DNA of 61,954 nt, counting the filler, from Squatina squatina (Eukaryota), in the NCBI GenBank assembly GCA_031763465.1. It is 3 parts of 3 records of this genome, joined end to end, with 100 filler letters (N's around TTAATTAATTAA, not from the genome) between each part and the next. Parts side by side here need not be neighbours in the genome. Positions count along the whole stretch, not along the records: positions 15,920 to 34,616 come from JARFOE010000013.1; positions 34,717 to 61,954 come from JARFOE010000219.1; 1 more part is not named here. One strand, written 5' to 3'. Numbering within the stretch: position 1 is the first letter of the stretch; every line of letters starts with the position of its first letter. Position numbers and translations under genes: made by a program. This document shows, one piece after another, positions 25,900 through 38,423 of this stretch. The notes under the pieces are model-generated. The model ran no database searches. It had not been told where the DNA came from and was given only the letters and a program-made list of their open reading frames with translations.

Positions 25900-26315
25900 G
25901 GTCCCTGATTAGATCCAAGAATCCCAGCTAGCTTTCCCCTTAGGCAACCAAGGACACTGAGGCCAATTGTGGTGCTCTTACTGCCACAGCAGCTATGATC
26001 AGATAACTGTGAACTTAAATCTTGGAGCTTCTGTACTCCTCAGCTACAGGCTAATTTTATCAAGTTAACCGTGCGGGCAGATGTTATACCCCATTTTAAA
26101 AGTGTGGAGTACAGTTCCACANNNNNNNNNNCTAGTCACACCATGTACCATGCTTAAATGATCATTATTCCCGTCTGAGCTTTGACTGCGAGTTATTCCA
26201 ATGTGTAGGGTATCATAATCTGATCCAAACCCAATAACCACACGTGCGCACACTTTCAACAAGGGTCTCTAGATAATGATCAAGAATGGAAACTCTGGCC
26301 TATTTTCCCCTTCCT
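25900..26315 (-). mobile_element. Fragments of an old SINE family (distinct from the DeuSINE)
   Basis: GGACACTGAGGCCAATTG and GGATAATGATCAAGAATGGAAACTCTGG-type blocks recur at 31535-31770 and 35028-35181. Confidence 0.5.
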
Positions 26316-26324
26316 GTCAGACTA

Positions 26325-27133
26325 TTTGTCCGACATCCAGCTCTGGATGAGCCGCAATTTCTTCCAGTTAAACACTGAAACCATAATCTAAGGCCCCTGC
26401 CAGAAATTCCGTACTCTTGCCATTAATTCCATCCCCTCCTTTGCCATTGACTCAGTTTCTCTATTCTATTTGACCCCAATCTGAGTTTCCCACCCCACAT
26501 CCGCTCCATCACAAAGGCCTCCTACCTCCAGCTCTGTAACATCCCTGCTTCAACCCACTTGCTGCTGACGCCCTCATCCATGCCTTGTCTCCTCCAGACT
26601 CAACTATTCCAATGTTCTCCTGACCAGCCTCCCATCCTTCACATACCATAAATTTAAGCTCATCCAAAACCTTGTTGCCTGTATCCTGTTTACCAAGTTC
26701 TACTCACCCATCACTCCTGTCCTTGCTAACCTATATTGGCTCCCGGTCACCCAACACCTCCAATTTAAAATTCTCATTATCATGTTTAAAACCACTCCTA
26801 GCCTTGCTCGTCCCTATCTCTGTAACCTCCTCCAACCCTAGAATCCCCCGCACCCCCACAGAGCTCCCCACCTGTGTGCCTCCAACATGTTGATCACCCC
26901 TCCCTTCGCCCCACCATTGACAGCTGTGCCTTCAACTATCTGGAATTCCAAGTTCTGGAATTCGCTCCCTAAACTCCTTTGCATCTCCACCTCCCTCTCT
27001 TCTTTTAACACCCACTTTAATCAAGCTTTAGTTATCTCTGCTAATATTTCCTCTCCAGCTCTGTGTCCATTTTTGTCTGATTATGCCCCTGTGAAGTTCT
27101 ATGTTAATTGAACTATATAAATACATGTTGTCA
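26325..27133 (+). mobile_element. L2 LINE 3' end
   Basis: Decayed WM..NFFQLN, RLNYSNVLL, FWNSLPK motifs; tail CTATATAAATACATGTTGT. Confidence 0.85.
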
Positions 27134-27793
27134 TTGATATGGGAAGACTATTATTTCACTTACTGGAATTCAATCAGAACCAACAATCCAGAAGAACTTT
27201 CTTGCTAACTGGTTCTCTACAATGCAATATAACAGGTAATATTACACTGACCAGACAATCAGAGAGGGAGGTGAAGGAAGCACAGACCAAAATTAGATTT
27301 ACATACCTGAATGACAGAAGCATTTGAAATAAAGTGATGGTGCTAAAGGTACTGGTGGTGACCATTAATTACAATATCATAGGAATCATGGAAAGATGGC
27401 TGGGCTAAATTTCCTCATGCTAGCACTAGCAGTCCTTAAACATTTTTGATCCAGGTTCTCAGTGTTGGCAAAATGAGCAGGCTCCTGTAATGCTGGGTCT
27501 CCATCCCAGTGCATTTTTGGCCAAATGTTGGCCTTTATTTCAAAGAGGATGGAGTAGAAAAGTTGAGAAGCCTTCTACAGCTGTACAGNNNNNNNNNNNN
27601 NNNNNNNNNNNNNNNNNNNNNNNNNNNNNNNNNNNNNNNNNNNNNNNNNNNNNNNNNNNNNNNNNNNNNNNNNNNNNNNNNNNNNNNNTGCAGTTCACTT
27701 TCAAGAGTGGATAAAGACTGTTTCTGGACACTTGGGAGTTGGATCATAGTGTCATTAGTTCTGTAACCAGAGATCTTCAATTACAGTCCCACA

Positions 27794-27982
27794 ATGAAGG
27801 GTTCAGCGCACTTCTTTGTTTGTCTGTTTGTCCTGCTGAGGGTGCGTTTGACCCAGGGTCACAGTCTTTTCACCTGTGAGCCCATAACCGTCCACCGGTG
27901 TGAAGGTCTGCCATACAACATGACATTTTTCCCCAATAAGTTGGAACACTATGACCAGGACATTGCTGCGGTTGCAATGGAG
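27794..27982 (+). CDS. FZD6: Frizzled-6 first coding exon (signal peptide + start of CRD)
   Basis: [56 protein letters not shown]|GTATGT has the FZD3/6 signature GHSLF(T/S)CEPIT; BAALC/CTHRC1 synteny indicates FZD6. Confidence 0.93.
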
Positions 27983-29411
27983 GTATGTTTTATTTATGTG
28001 TATATGTACATGTCAAAACTAATAGAAAAAATAGCCTATGAATGCATGGAATTCACATTGAGGGTTCTCTACTTAACTGGTACTAGTACAGATTAATGTT
28101 TCAACTTTTACCTACAGTCCATGTGTACCCTTGTTAATTTATTTGCAGCCAGTAGACTGTACCTCGTATTTTAAGTCTGAGGTCCAATGCAAATGAAATT
28201 GTGATGAAAGTATTAGCAATCCATGCTTTTGTTTTTCTATTGGTCATCCTTTGAGATTTTTCTTTTTTTAATTATCAACGCATCTTGGATGGCATTGCTC
28301 ACAATAAGTGAGATCATCGAATGTCATACACATTGTGTTCTGCTATAGTGGAGTTGTGTCCCTTAAAGTTGTAAAGTCCGATGGAATCTCAATTATCCTT
28401 TGATCTGGTAACTTTGCAGATTGAAAAGTGTTTGCCAGTTTTAGAAGGTAGGTTAGAAGCATCCATTTTAAGCTTTGTTTTGCATCAGTAACAAAGTGTG
28501 ATTTCTGGAGTGTGATGGAGAAAATGTGTCTTTATTATATTGAATTTCTGTAGTGTTGCATTGCTATATAGGTATAGGAACATTATACCGTGTAACACGG
28601 TGTATGTCCTTCAAAATGTAATGTCTTCAAGGATACAAGATGTAATTGCTCAGAATTCTTCAGATCATTGTTTGGATCACCTAGAGTCCAGAATGGCTGT
28701 CCTTTATTTAAAACATATAGAGCCACAGAATCTTTCTTAAATAAAGACCAGCTTCGGTTACTTGAGTTTAATTGCTGTTCACTCGGATTGAAAGTACTTG
28801 CCAGTTTCTGCTCAAGGTCAGAAACAGCTTTAAGTAACTTTTCACCCTTTTTCTTAATGTTTTGTATTTGTAACAAAGAATAGCATCAGCAGTGTGATGT
28901 CTGGTAACCAGGCAGAAGAATGTTGCTTTTAAGTGTGATGGGACAAGTGGAATAAATTGTCCTATAATTAATTGTGCCACAGGAAGTGAGGTGTGTCAGA
29001 CAAACAACATGTGACATACTGTTTTCATCAGAAAGGACTGGCAGAAAGAGAGAGAAAACTCCCTTTCTCTTAAATAGTCACAAATAAATCCAATAAGGAA
29101 TTCAGGGAAACTTCNNNNNNNNNNNNNNNNNNNNNNNNNNNNNNNNNNNNNNNNNNNNNNNNNNNNNNNNNNNNNNNNNNNNNNNNNNNNNNNNNNNNNN
29201 NNNNNNNNNNNNNNTTACTTTCTACGTTTGATTGTATTTAAACTTAGTATTGACTACCGACAAAGACTGAAGCCATTCAAGTCCTTAAATTTCAATTCAG
29301 TACATTTAGACAATTTAACATTCTCTTCATTGTTTTTGTTTTGAGAATTTTGTGCTCATCAAGGTGAGGGATGTTACTGCTATTTAATGGAAATCTCATT
29401 TCTGGTATGCA

Positions 29412-29620
29412 GGGAATAATTTTAACCCAAGAATGGGTGGGTTTGGGTCGGGTAGGAAGTAAAAATATATAAAATTTCAAACCCGATCCCAACGCGCCCA
29501 CTTCTGGTTTTAACGGAGGTAGGTCAGGGGTGGCGACCAATCTGCTCTTGGAAGGCGGGTCAGTCACTAAAATCTTTTAATGAGGCTGTGTGCCTCCATT
29601 TTAACCTGATTTTTATTTTT
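29412..29620. mobile_element. MITE fragment
   Basis: GGGAATAATTTTAACC..GGGTTTGGGTCGGG..CCCACTTCTGGTTTTAAC; same family as 15660-15819. Confidence 0.55.
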
Positions 29621-29653
29621 TAAGAGGAGTTTGATGTGAATTTTTATTTCAAG

Positions 29654-30671
29654 GTTAGAAGATTGTGGTGAAGGCCAACACTCATCAGCACTGGCTCCAA
29701 CTGCACGATCAATAACCGAGAAGACTTCACAGACGGTAGTGAAGGATTATGGATTCTGGTGCCCACGACCCCTGAAGACGCCTGCTGGGCACGGCAGCTC
29801 GTTTCTTGGTGTAGGTGACTGTTTGCCTCCATGTCCCAACATGTACTTCAAAGAAGATGAACTGAACTTTGCCAAATGTTTCATTGGAGTCGTTTCCATC
29901 TTTTGTCTGTGTGCAACTCTCTTTACGTTCCTGACTTTCCTTATNNNNNNNNNNNNNNNNNNNNNNNNNNNNNNNNNNNNNNNNNNNNNNNNNNNNNNNN
30001 NNNNNNNNNNNNNNNNNNNNNNNNNNNNNNNNNNNNNNNNNNNNNNNNNNNNNNNNNNNNNNNNNNNNNNNNNNNNNNNNNNNNNNNNNNNNNNNNNNNN
30101 NNNNNNNNNNNNNNNNNNNNNNNNNNNNNNNNNNNNNNNNNNNNNNNNNNNNNNNNNNNNNNNNNNNNNNNNNNNNNNNNNNNNNNNNNNNNNNNNNNNN
30201 NNNNNNNNNNNNNNNNNNNNNNNNNNNNNNNNNNNNNNNNNNNNNNNNNNNNNNNNNNNNNNNNNNNNNNNNNNNNNNNNNNNNNNNNNNNNNNNNNNNN
30301 NNNNNNNNNNNNNNNNNNNNNNNNNNNNNNNNNNNNNNNNNNNNNNNNNNNNNNNNNNNNNNNNNNNNNNNNNNNNNNNNNNNNNNGGTGTCTCTCTGGG
30401 TGTCTCTCTGGGTGTGTTGGTGGGATTGTCTCTTGTGTTAGCAGGAATTATATCCTTGAATCACGTACGGCAGGTGATCCAACACGACGGAAGAAATCAG
30501 GAGAAGTTGAAGAAATTTATGATTCGAATTGGAGTCTTTAGCGGTCTGTACTTGGTACCTTTGGTTGCGCTCCTAGGATGCTATTTTTATGAGCAGGCCC
30601 TTCGGACAACTTGGGAAACTACGTGGGTGCATGATTACTGTCAGGACTATCCCATCCCGTGCCCCAATCAG
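29654..30671 (+). CDS. FZD6: Frizzled-6 large exon (linker + 7TM region), with a 443-N gap inside
   Basis: TTTTTATTTCAAG acceptor; [34 protein letters not shown] and [43 protein letters not shown]|GTACAT. Confidence 0.95.
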
Positions 30672-31134
30672 GTACATTCAAAAAGTGTATATTTCAGAAT
30701 GTTTCCTATATTTTAAATGCTTGTCATAATTCCGTGTACACTATTACTTCTCATTAATTACATTTCAGTGTTCACAGTGAACAGGTAGCCACTGAGGCTT
30801 CCCTTTGAGATGGGTGGAAGTGTTTAAGCTGGTAACTAGGTGGGCAGTAATCAGTGGCATAGTTTCAGTCCCTCCTCCTGGCCAGCAAGTGGGAATGAAT
30901 CCATAAACATGTTTACGGGCAATTTTCTTCAGGACTTGTAAAAATGAACATGCAGAGGGAGGTATTGGGGAATGCGGGCTAGCTCTGTCTCAACATCAGT
31001 GTTGCGGTATTCGATTTATGGTATATTGGCAGCTGAACTACGTGATGATTTTGGATTACTTGACTTGCCCCGATTAGTTTATGGGTCAAAAATGTTTATT
31101 CTTTTGAGAAGCTTTTTTTGTTTGCAAAAGAACA

Positions 31135-31434
31135 GAATTGAAAAATAGGGAAATTATGCTAAACTTGTATCAAACCTTGGTTAAACCACACTTCGAGTAT
31201 TGTGTACAGTTCTGGTTGCCATATTATAAAAAGGATATAGAGGCACTGGATAGGGTGCAGAAAAGATTTACAAGGATGATACCAGAAATACGAGGGTATA
31301 CACATCAGGAAAGGATGAACAGGCTGGGTCTCTTCTCCTGAAGAAAGAAGGCTGAGGGGTGACCTAATCGAGGTTTTTCAAATTATGAAAGGTTTTGATA
31401 GAGTGGACACAGAGGATGTTTCCACTTGTGGGGA
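31135..31434 (+). mobile_element. CR1 LINE 3' fragment
   Basis: LYQTLVKPHFEYCVQFWLPYYKKDIEALDRVQKRFTRMIP. Confidence 0.9.
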
Positions 31435-32354
31435 NNNNNNNNNNNNNNNNNNNNNNNNNNNNNNNNNNNNNNNNNNNNNNNNNNNNNNNNNNNNNNNNNN
31501 NNNNNNNNNNNNNNNNNNNNNNNNNNNNNNNNNNTACGATGATTCTTTATATGTGAGCCCAGACAGTTGGTGTTGGCAGACTATGGGAGGAAACTCAATC
31601 ATGGTCTCGACAGATTATGTACACTTCCAGCTCTCCTCCCTCCCTAAACCAGGGGCACAGGGGTCAATGGTAGCACCCCGACCACAGGCCAACTCTGACT
31701 GAGTGGAGATTTGGACCTCCCTGGTCTGTGTAGCTCATCTACTCATGATCCTAACCAGCTGACTCAACAAGAGAAGCTGGTGTGTTCTCTCCTTGTGCTA
31801 TCACTGCTTGCTGTAGGAGTACCAATTGTTTCTGGAGATTACTTTGTTGACTTGTTTTGACTTGGTTTCCTGCTTTTTCAGCAGAACCTTTTAATCATTT
31901 GAGTTTTTTCCTTGTATCGTTTAACATAGAGTATTTATTGCAACTATCTTGGGGTTCTTCGACTGCAGGATTGGGGAGTAGGGCAGTTTTGAGCTTTTTG
32001 ACTGGCTCTGTTATCCCAGAAACTTTTTGGCTTTGCTAATTTTTGCTTAACTAGTTTCTTTTTTTTAAGCTAGGATTCCATTTTTTTTTTTGCTAGCATT
32101 GATTTTTCCTGATGGGTAATGGGATTCCCTCTGCATCACTGCCCTGAATTTGCACTCTCCTATCAGATGTCATAAAACTCTGGCCTTTATCCAAAGGGAG
32201 AAGCGAGATATCCCTTTTCCTACAGGAGACTTGCTTGTCCCTGATGGAGCAGCAGAAGGGTTCCAAGATTTGTGCCTCCCATTCCTCTCCCAAATCTCAA
32301 ATTGGTTACCATTCCTGCCCAGAGTTCTCCTGTTTTGAATATACTTCTACATGG

Positions 32355-32552
32355 TTACATTGTATTTGCAGCACAGAAACAGGCCATTTGGCCCAACAGG
32401 TCTATGTAGGTGTTTATCCTCCACATGAGCTTTCTCCCACCCTTCTTTATCTAACCCCATCTACATATCCTTCTATTCCTTTCTCCCTCGTGTGTTTATC
32501 TAGCTTCCCCTTAACTGCTAATTGCCTCAACTACTCCTTGTGGAAAAGAAAT
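32355..32552 (-). mobile_element. CR1 LINE 3' terminus
   Basis: Reverse complement of the PQGVVEA..CR1 3'UTR seen at 3020-3200. Confidence 0.8.
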
Positions 32553-33080
32553 NNNNNNNNNNNNNNNNNNNNNNNNNNNNNNNNNNNNNNNNNNNNNNNN
32601 NNNNNNNNNNNNNNNNNNNNNNNNNNNNNNNNNNNNNNNNNNNNNNNNNNNNGTGCGTTTTTTCCCCCATTGTGAAGGAGGCAAGCGGCCTATGTATAAC
32701 AAAGATTGTACCTTGCAAAATGTACTCCACACTATAAATTAGGAAATGTAGACGTGACTAATTTTTTGTAGGAGAGAGTTTAGGGACAAATTTTTTATAT
32801 CTAGCATGTGCATGGTGATATTATTGAAAGGACAAACATTCAAGTGGGCTTTATTTTCACAACAAATAGGTAGATGTGAAATGTGCAAAAATAATGTTTA
32901 TTGTAGTTAATTTTACCAGATGAACTATATGGGGGAGCGGCGCTAAGTGTACATGAAATTCTTAAAGGGACAATGGATGAGTTTTGCCTTTATAGATAGG
33001 GACTCATCTATTTGTATGGGGGCTTAACAAATAGAAGAGAATGAATTTTACAAAGTCATAGCATATATACAATATTTTGA

Positions 33081-33344
<264 letters not shown>

Positions 33345-33538
33345 TGAAACTCATTTATGGATTAGGAGCTGCTAATTATTTATTTAGTAGAAATATGATT
33401 GTGTAAGAATCTGTTGCATCAAACATTGCAAAGTTAAANNNNNNNNNNNNNNNNNNNNNNNNNNNNNNNNNNNNNNNNNNNNNNNNNNNNNNNNNNNNNN
33501 NNNNNNNNNNNNNNNNNNNNNNNNNNNNNNNNNNNNNN

Positions 33539-33636
33539 TTGTAGCATCACTTGATGGTCACAGGGATGGTGTGCACTGTATGGCCAAGCACTTTAAGAGT
33601 TTATCCACAATAATCTCTGGGGCTTGCAATGGTGAG
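33539..33636 (+). CDS. DCAF13: DCAF13 (Sof1 homologue) exon, 3' part; not in the ORF track
   Basis: VASLDGHRDGVHCMAKHFKSLSTIISGACNGE|GTGAGT, versus recalled human LASLDGHRDGVNCLAKHPEKLATVLSGACDGE; syntenic with CTHRC1. Confidence 0.92.
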
Positions 33637-34314
33637 GTGAGTGATGCATATATTTTTGTGTTGTGTAACTTGTTGTAAAAAGGGTTTCTAGCTTAGTTTC
33701 TTGCAAAATAAATAATTTCCAGCTTGGGTTGATGCCAGAGTAGAACCTGAATTGACTGAGAGTATGGATAAATGGATATGTCATAGCCAGTAATGTAATG
33801 AGATAAACATCTCCAGTAAGATTGATTGGATAATCTGAGGTGAATTATGGGCAGTCTCACAGGTGAATCACAAAACACAATTCTGGCTAGCAGCAGCATA
33901 AGCCATAGTTTTGTGAATGTTTTTCTGACCTACAAACTAGAGATACACATGCACGGATATGATTGGTGTGTTGTCACTGAGTGTGAAAATTGCAAGAGTG
34001 ACTTATACACCAACCAAAATAGCAAATGTTCCAATAATGCAATGTACCCTCTAATCTTTTTTCTAGTGGCACGGCCCATTCAAAATTTCGCATATGCACA
34101 GTTTTTCCATTTAAGAGTCAGCTGCACGGGAGCTCCAGAGCGTTGTGTGGCTTAAAGGGAACAATGCAATAATGGGCAAGAAAGTGTTTTGTGTTTTTAA
34201 AGCAATTTGCTTAACCTTTTAACACAATGTATTACAGTTTACTAAAGCACAAGTTTTGTTAATTGATTATTAAATGTGGCTAAAGATGGGGAGTGGGGGG
34301 ATGCCCATTTGGTC

Positions 34315-34616
34315 TGAACATCAAGCCATCATCTCCTAGACCATCACTGACCTCATCTCCGCTGGAGATCTTCCCTCCACGGCCGCCAACCTCATAGTTC
34401 CCCAAACCCACACAGCCCGCTTCTACCTCTTTCCCAAGATCCTTTAACAGGAATGCCCCGGTAGACCCATCATTTCAGCCTGTTCTTGCCCCACTGAACT
34501 GATTTCCTCCTATCCTGACTCCATTTTTTCTCCCCTTATCCGTCTCTTCCCACCTACATCCGTGACTTGTCCGATGCCCTCCGCCACTTTAACAGTTTCC
34601 AATTTCCTGGTCCCAA
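34315..34616 (+). mobile_element. Penelope-like element RT fragment
   Basis: TARFYLFPKI..PGRPIISACSCPTELISSY..PTYIRD (PLE LPKIHK/GRPI motif), with stops. Confidence 0.8.
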
Positions 34617-34716
34617 NNNNNNNNNNNNNNNNNNNNNNNNNNNNNNNNNNNNNNNNNNNNTTAATTAATTAANNNNNNNNNNNNNNNNNNNNNNNNNNNN
34701 NNNNNNNNNNNNNNNN
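34617..34716. other. Artificial scaffold linker N44-TTAATTAATTAA-N44
   Basis: Same spacer as 15820-15919. Confidence 0.95.
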
Positions 34717-34892
34717 GTTTCGGGGCAGCCGAACTGGGGCACCTTAAACTGAATTTTTGCGATGTTTTACTGTTAATGCTGATGCAGAATCGTTTGTGTT
34801 TTGCCTTCGCGTGTATGCATACACAGCAACAGCGGCGTTGATAGGTACACAGGTAGCATGCGGAGTCACTATTCGACGGGATCAGGACAATC

Positions 34893-34982
34893 ATGGCCGT
34901 GCCCACTGGATACATCGGAAGCCTCAGCGTGTATGACCGAGTTCACGAGCCATTCATATCTTACATTGAGCGAACTGAGCAT
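34893..34982 (+). mobile_element. Possible Gypsy LTR-retrotransposon gag N-terminal stub
   Basis: MAVPTGYIGSLSVYDRVHEPFISYIERTEH resembles the Gypsy gag start pattern (G.l..FD...E.w..Y.ER). Confidence 0.35.
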
Positions 34983-35027
34983 GCTCATACCAAAACATGT
35001 GACAAACCATGTGATAATACATTACAG

Positions 35028-35181
35028 ATGACATCGCACTGAGCCTGATCTTGTCGTCACCCCACATCCACACATACTAATTTCGAACAAAGGTCATTGG
35101 ATAGTGATCAGGAGTGGGAACCCTGACTGATTTATTTCGGCCTGCAGGGACAATGACGCCTACTATAATAGTCGCCTTTAC
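35028..35181 (-). mobile_element. Old SINE fragment abutting the LRR1 coding sequence
   Basis: TGGATAGTGATCAGGAGTGGGAACCCTG aligns with ~26270-26300; GGGACAATGACGCC aligns with ~25950-25965. Confidence 0.55.
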
Positions 35182-35617
35182 CGTTGCTCTGGCTGCAGTC
35201 TCTAACAGGGTCATTGGAATCTGCAGCTGAATTGTTGGAGCCAGAGGATTAGGCTGTTCAAAAAGGTTTCCAAATAGATCCACATTCTCAAGGCACAACC
35301 TCTGGAAATCACATGGAAGATAAGGCAATTTGTTGCGCGCTGCTGAGAGGAAGCGCAGCTTAGTTAGCTGTCCAATCTTGTAAGGAAGCTGGAGTAACTC
35401 ATTGTCATCAAGTTTTATATGAATGAGTTCTTGCAGTTGACAGAACTGAACAGGCAGAGCACGCAATCTGTTGTGGCTCAAATCCAAAAACTGCAGTGAT
35501 TTCTGCAATGTGGAGCTACACAATGCAACACTGAATGCCTCCAAGTGGTTGTTGTGCAAAACGAGCTCAGACAGACAAGCAAGATCCCCGATGGTAGCTG
35601 GAAGTTTGAATATGTGG
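35174..35617 (-). CDS. LRR1: LRR1 leucine-rich-repeat exon (partial)
   Basis: LPATIGDLACLSELVLHNNHL..LQKSLQFLDLSHNRLRALPVQFCQLQELIHIKLDDNEL..LSAARNKLPYLP..DLFGN..LLETAAR, followed by a BC-box-like end; 3' boundary uncertain. Confidence 0.9.
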
Positions 35618-35717
35618 NNNNNNNNNNNNNNNNNNNNNNNNNNNNNNNNNNNNNNNNNNNNNNNNNNNNNNNNNNNNNNNNNNNNNNNNNNNNNNNNNNN
35701 NNNNNNNNNNNNNNNNN

Positions 35718-35862
35718 GATGAATGGTTGCAGAGTTGTTTTTGATGCTCCGATCGTGGTGTTTCCCTATTGACAGAACAGCTCGGTTCCCTTTCCCTCTA
35801 TTCCTCATACCGAAGGTCGGGAGCATCCGATTGATCACTTCCACCTCGCACTGGAGTTTCAT
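35718..35862 (-). CDS. LRR1: LRR1 first coding exon (partial)
   Basis: MKLQCEVEVINRMLPTFGMRNRGKGNRAVLS, versus recalled human MKLHCEVEVISRHLPALGLRNRGKGVRAVLS. Acceptor TTTCATTGCAG lies 5 nt upstream of the ATG. Confidence 0.92.
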
Positions 35863-35867
35863 AGTAT

Positions 35868-36836
35868 CTGCAATGAAATGATCACCCACTGAAGACATAA
35901 TTCTGGATAATCGGAGCACACAGTATTGCCATGGCCCTCAACCAGATAAACAAGTTACCAGTATGGTTGCACGATGTGCTTTCGTTCCTGATTGGCTGCC
36001 TCCACGGCTAATACAGTCACTGATAGGAGCAGTAGACCGTGTCACACAATGGAGACAACGCCTCCTCCCCTCCCCCAAATACATCTCTGGGTTATCGAGT
36101 ACAGCAACAGGGGCAACACCCGTGAGGGGCCAGCAACACCTGCAAAGGCCAATGGTGGTGCGACACCCGGGAGGGGAGGGGAGGGGCCGCAGAGATTGGA
36201 GTTTATTTTAATACTAACCGAGAAACGTTGCTGCTTTAAAAACTTGTAAAACAGAGTCTGACGTAAATCAGTTTTGGGGACGTGCCAATTCGGGGAAAGT
36301 TCAGTTGCTGCACTCTGCAGAACGTGCTCTCTTCCCGAAACTTGCTGTTCCTGTACCAAATACACTCTGTGTGTTGAGGCTCTTTTGCAGACACAGGAAA
36401 CAGGTTTTCATCAAAGTTTCAATTCGTCACGTCCTCACGGGCAGACAATTCAGTTACTTTTTTTTTTACACGCAAATCCTGTATTGATCTGAATTAGACG
36501 AAGTTTAAAAAGGTTTACCGTGAACCGTTTTAACTGCGCTTGTGCAATAGATTATGATCCCCATGTCCAGTGCAATACCGTTCAGATGCCATTTACATCC
36601 TGGAACCGCCATGAGAATGAGTCACCGGCGCACGTACTGTACATTCACATGGGCGCCAGTAAAACCTCAAGACTTGAGAGCCCAGCTTTGTACTACAGAA
36701 CATTATAGTTAATTAACATAACCACGTCACCATGTTCTTCACAAGTTCACGATCACATACATTTGTACTCAGCATAAGCGGAAAACAAAAGCCAAGAGGG
36801 ACGGACTGGTTACCACAGTCTGATGAAAGCACTTAC
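35868..36836 (-). other. Putative LRR1 5'UTR intron
   Basis: Minus-strand donor GG|GTAAGT at 36836, acceptor AG at 35869-35868. Several CCAAT/ATTGG boxes and CpG enrichment inside. Confidence 0.5.
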
Positions 36837-37259
36837 CCAAAATACTCTTCTCCAACACACCCCTTAATTAANNNNNNNNNNNNNNNNNNNNNNNNNNNNN
36901 NNNNNNNNNNNNNNNNNNNNNNNNNNNNNNNNNNNNNNNNNNNNNNNNNNNNNNNNNNNNNNNNNNNNNNNATTACGGCTGAATTTTAATCGAGAACCAC
37001 TTTTTGTGCAGTACTTGTTTTCGCTACTCGCTGGAACGATTCTGTGTTTCAGCAGCATTTAAACCACTTTTAAAATGTGCATGCATTCACCTTGGACAAC
37101 AAACACCTGAGTTATAGGCAGTGACTTTTTGAAGATCTGGGCCCTGCCAGGCAAACAAGTAAAGTGCAAGAAAGAGATTAATAAGTTTAACAGCATGACA
37201 GTTTGATGATGAGAGGATAGCCAGTCCAAATGAAGTGGAAAATCAATTGATTCATGATT

Positions 37260-37785
37260 TTGAAATGTAAATCCATGAGCGTATAGGAGAGCTTACTTAG
37301 GAGATAACTGAGGCATGGAAGATTATTCATCTTAATAAAATTGTCTCAGCGAAGGAATATAAACCATTGGTCTAGGATTTATTTAATTGATTCAAAATGA
37401 AAAAGATAGTTTGTCTGCAAAAAGAGTCAAAGGACAGTTTAGATTCAGTAACTTAAGTATTTGATAGCAGATAAGAGTAAAGGAATTGGAACACTGAGGA
37501 TAATGAAGAATAATAGGAATCAGTTGGAAGAAGCATGGACTTGTCCTAAATAATTTTGCATTAATANNNNNNNNNNNNNNNNNNNNNNNNNNNNNNNNNN
37601 NNNNNNNNNNNNNNNNNNNNNNNNNNNNNNNNNNNNNNNNNNNNNNNNNNNNNNNNNNNNNNNNNNAGGTGGATGAAGGAAAAGGGGTTGATTAGAACTA
37701 TTTGCTTGTTCGGAGAGCAATGCAGGCACAGACTGGTAGGGCTGAATGGCCTGTTTCTGTGCTGTAACATCTATGTATTTCTGTT
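37260..37785 (+). mobile_element. Degenerate CR1 fragments and 3' tail
   Basis: Decayed RT-like sequence; tail GGGCTGAATGGCCTGTTTCTGTGCTGTAACATCTATG. Confidence 0.6.
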
Positions 37786-38423
37786 TTAAATACATCACTC
37801 TCCTAATTACCTTTCACCTACCCTCCAGGTGTTTACAATAGATATTTAAAGCTATTTAGCAGATTGACAAACACAGCCAGTATCTTAAAGCAAATAACAG
37901 CAATGCCCAAAAATGTTTATGATGATTAATATGCACTTAATGTCCCAGATGGATGCCTCCTAATGATACATATTACAGGGAATGAATATTGGATCATACT
38001 TAATAATTCATACTGCAGCCTAGAAGCTAAAAGGCTGGCAAGACAGAGCAATAATTAGTTTAGTCTGTTCATTCTGACCAATTATTGTCTATTAATGTAA
38101 AAAAGCAGACTGCTGCATGCAGTTAATGAAAGATTACAGTGAAATAATCACTCATTAATATAACAGTTTAGGAATTCTAAACAAATAATTGTACCAATGA
38201 CTATGGTGTTGCACTGACTAGACACACACACAAGTTCTGCTCTGCTTCCCATTTAGTTCTGTTCTCTATTGCTGTGCAGACTCTACACAGTATCAAGCCG
38301 ATACAATAATTTAGTATTTCAGTGCACTGGGTTATTACATATTCTATACAATTATTTGAAGCTATGTCACCTTCAGATTGCTATTTGGCTGTTTCTCTCG
38401 AGAAAGAGCAGTTAAGAGAAGTA

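Noticed and set aside
30388-30414. 12-bp duplication GGTGTCTCTCTG in the FZD6 transmembrane region
   Set aside because: Sits at a gap edge and is probably an assembly or read-end artefact.
35863-35919. N-terminal extension of LRR1 in the ORF track
   Set aside because: Mostly lies upstream of a splice acceptor; the conserved start is the ATG at 35862.
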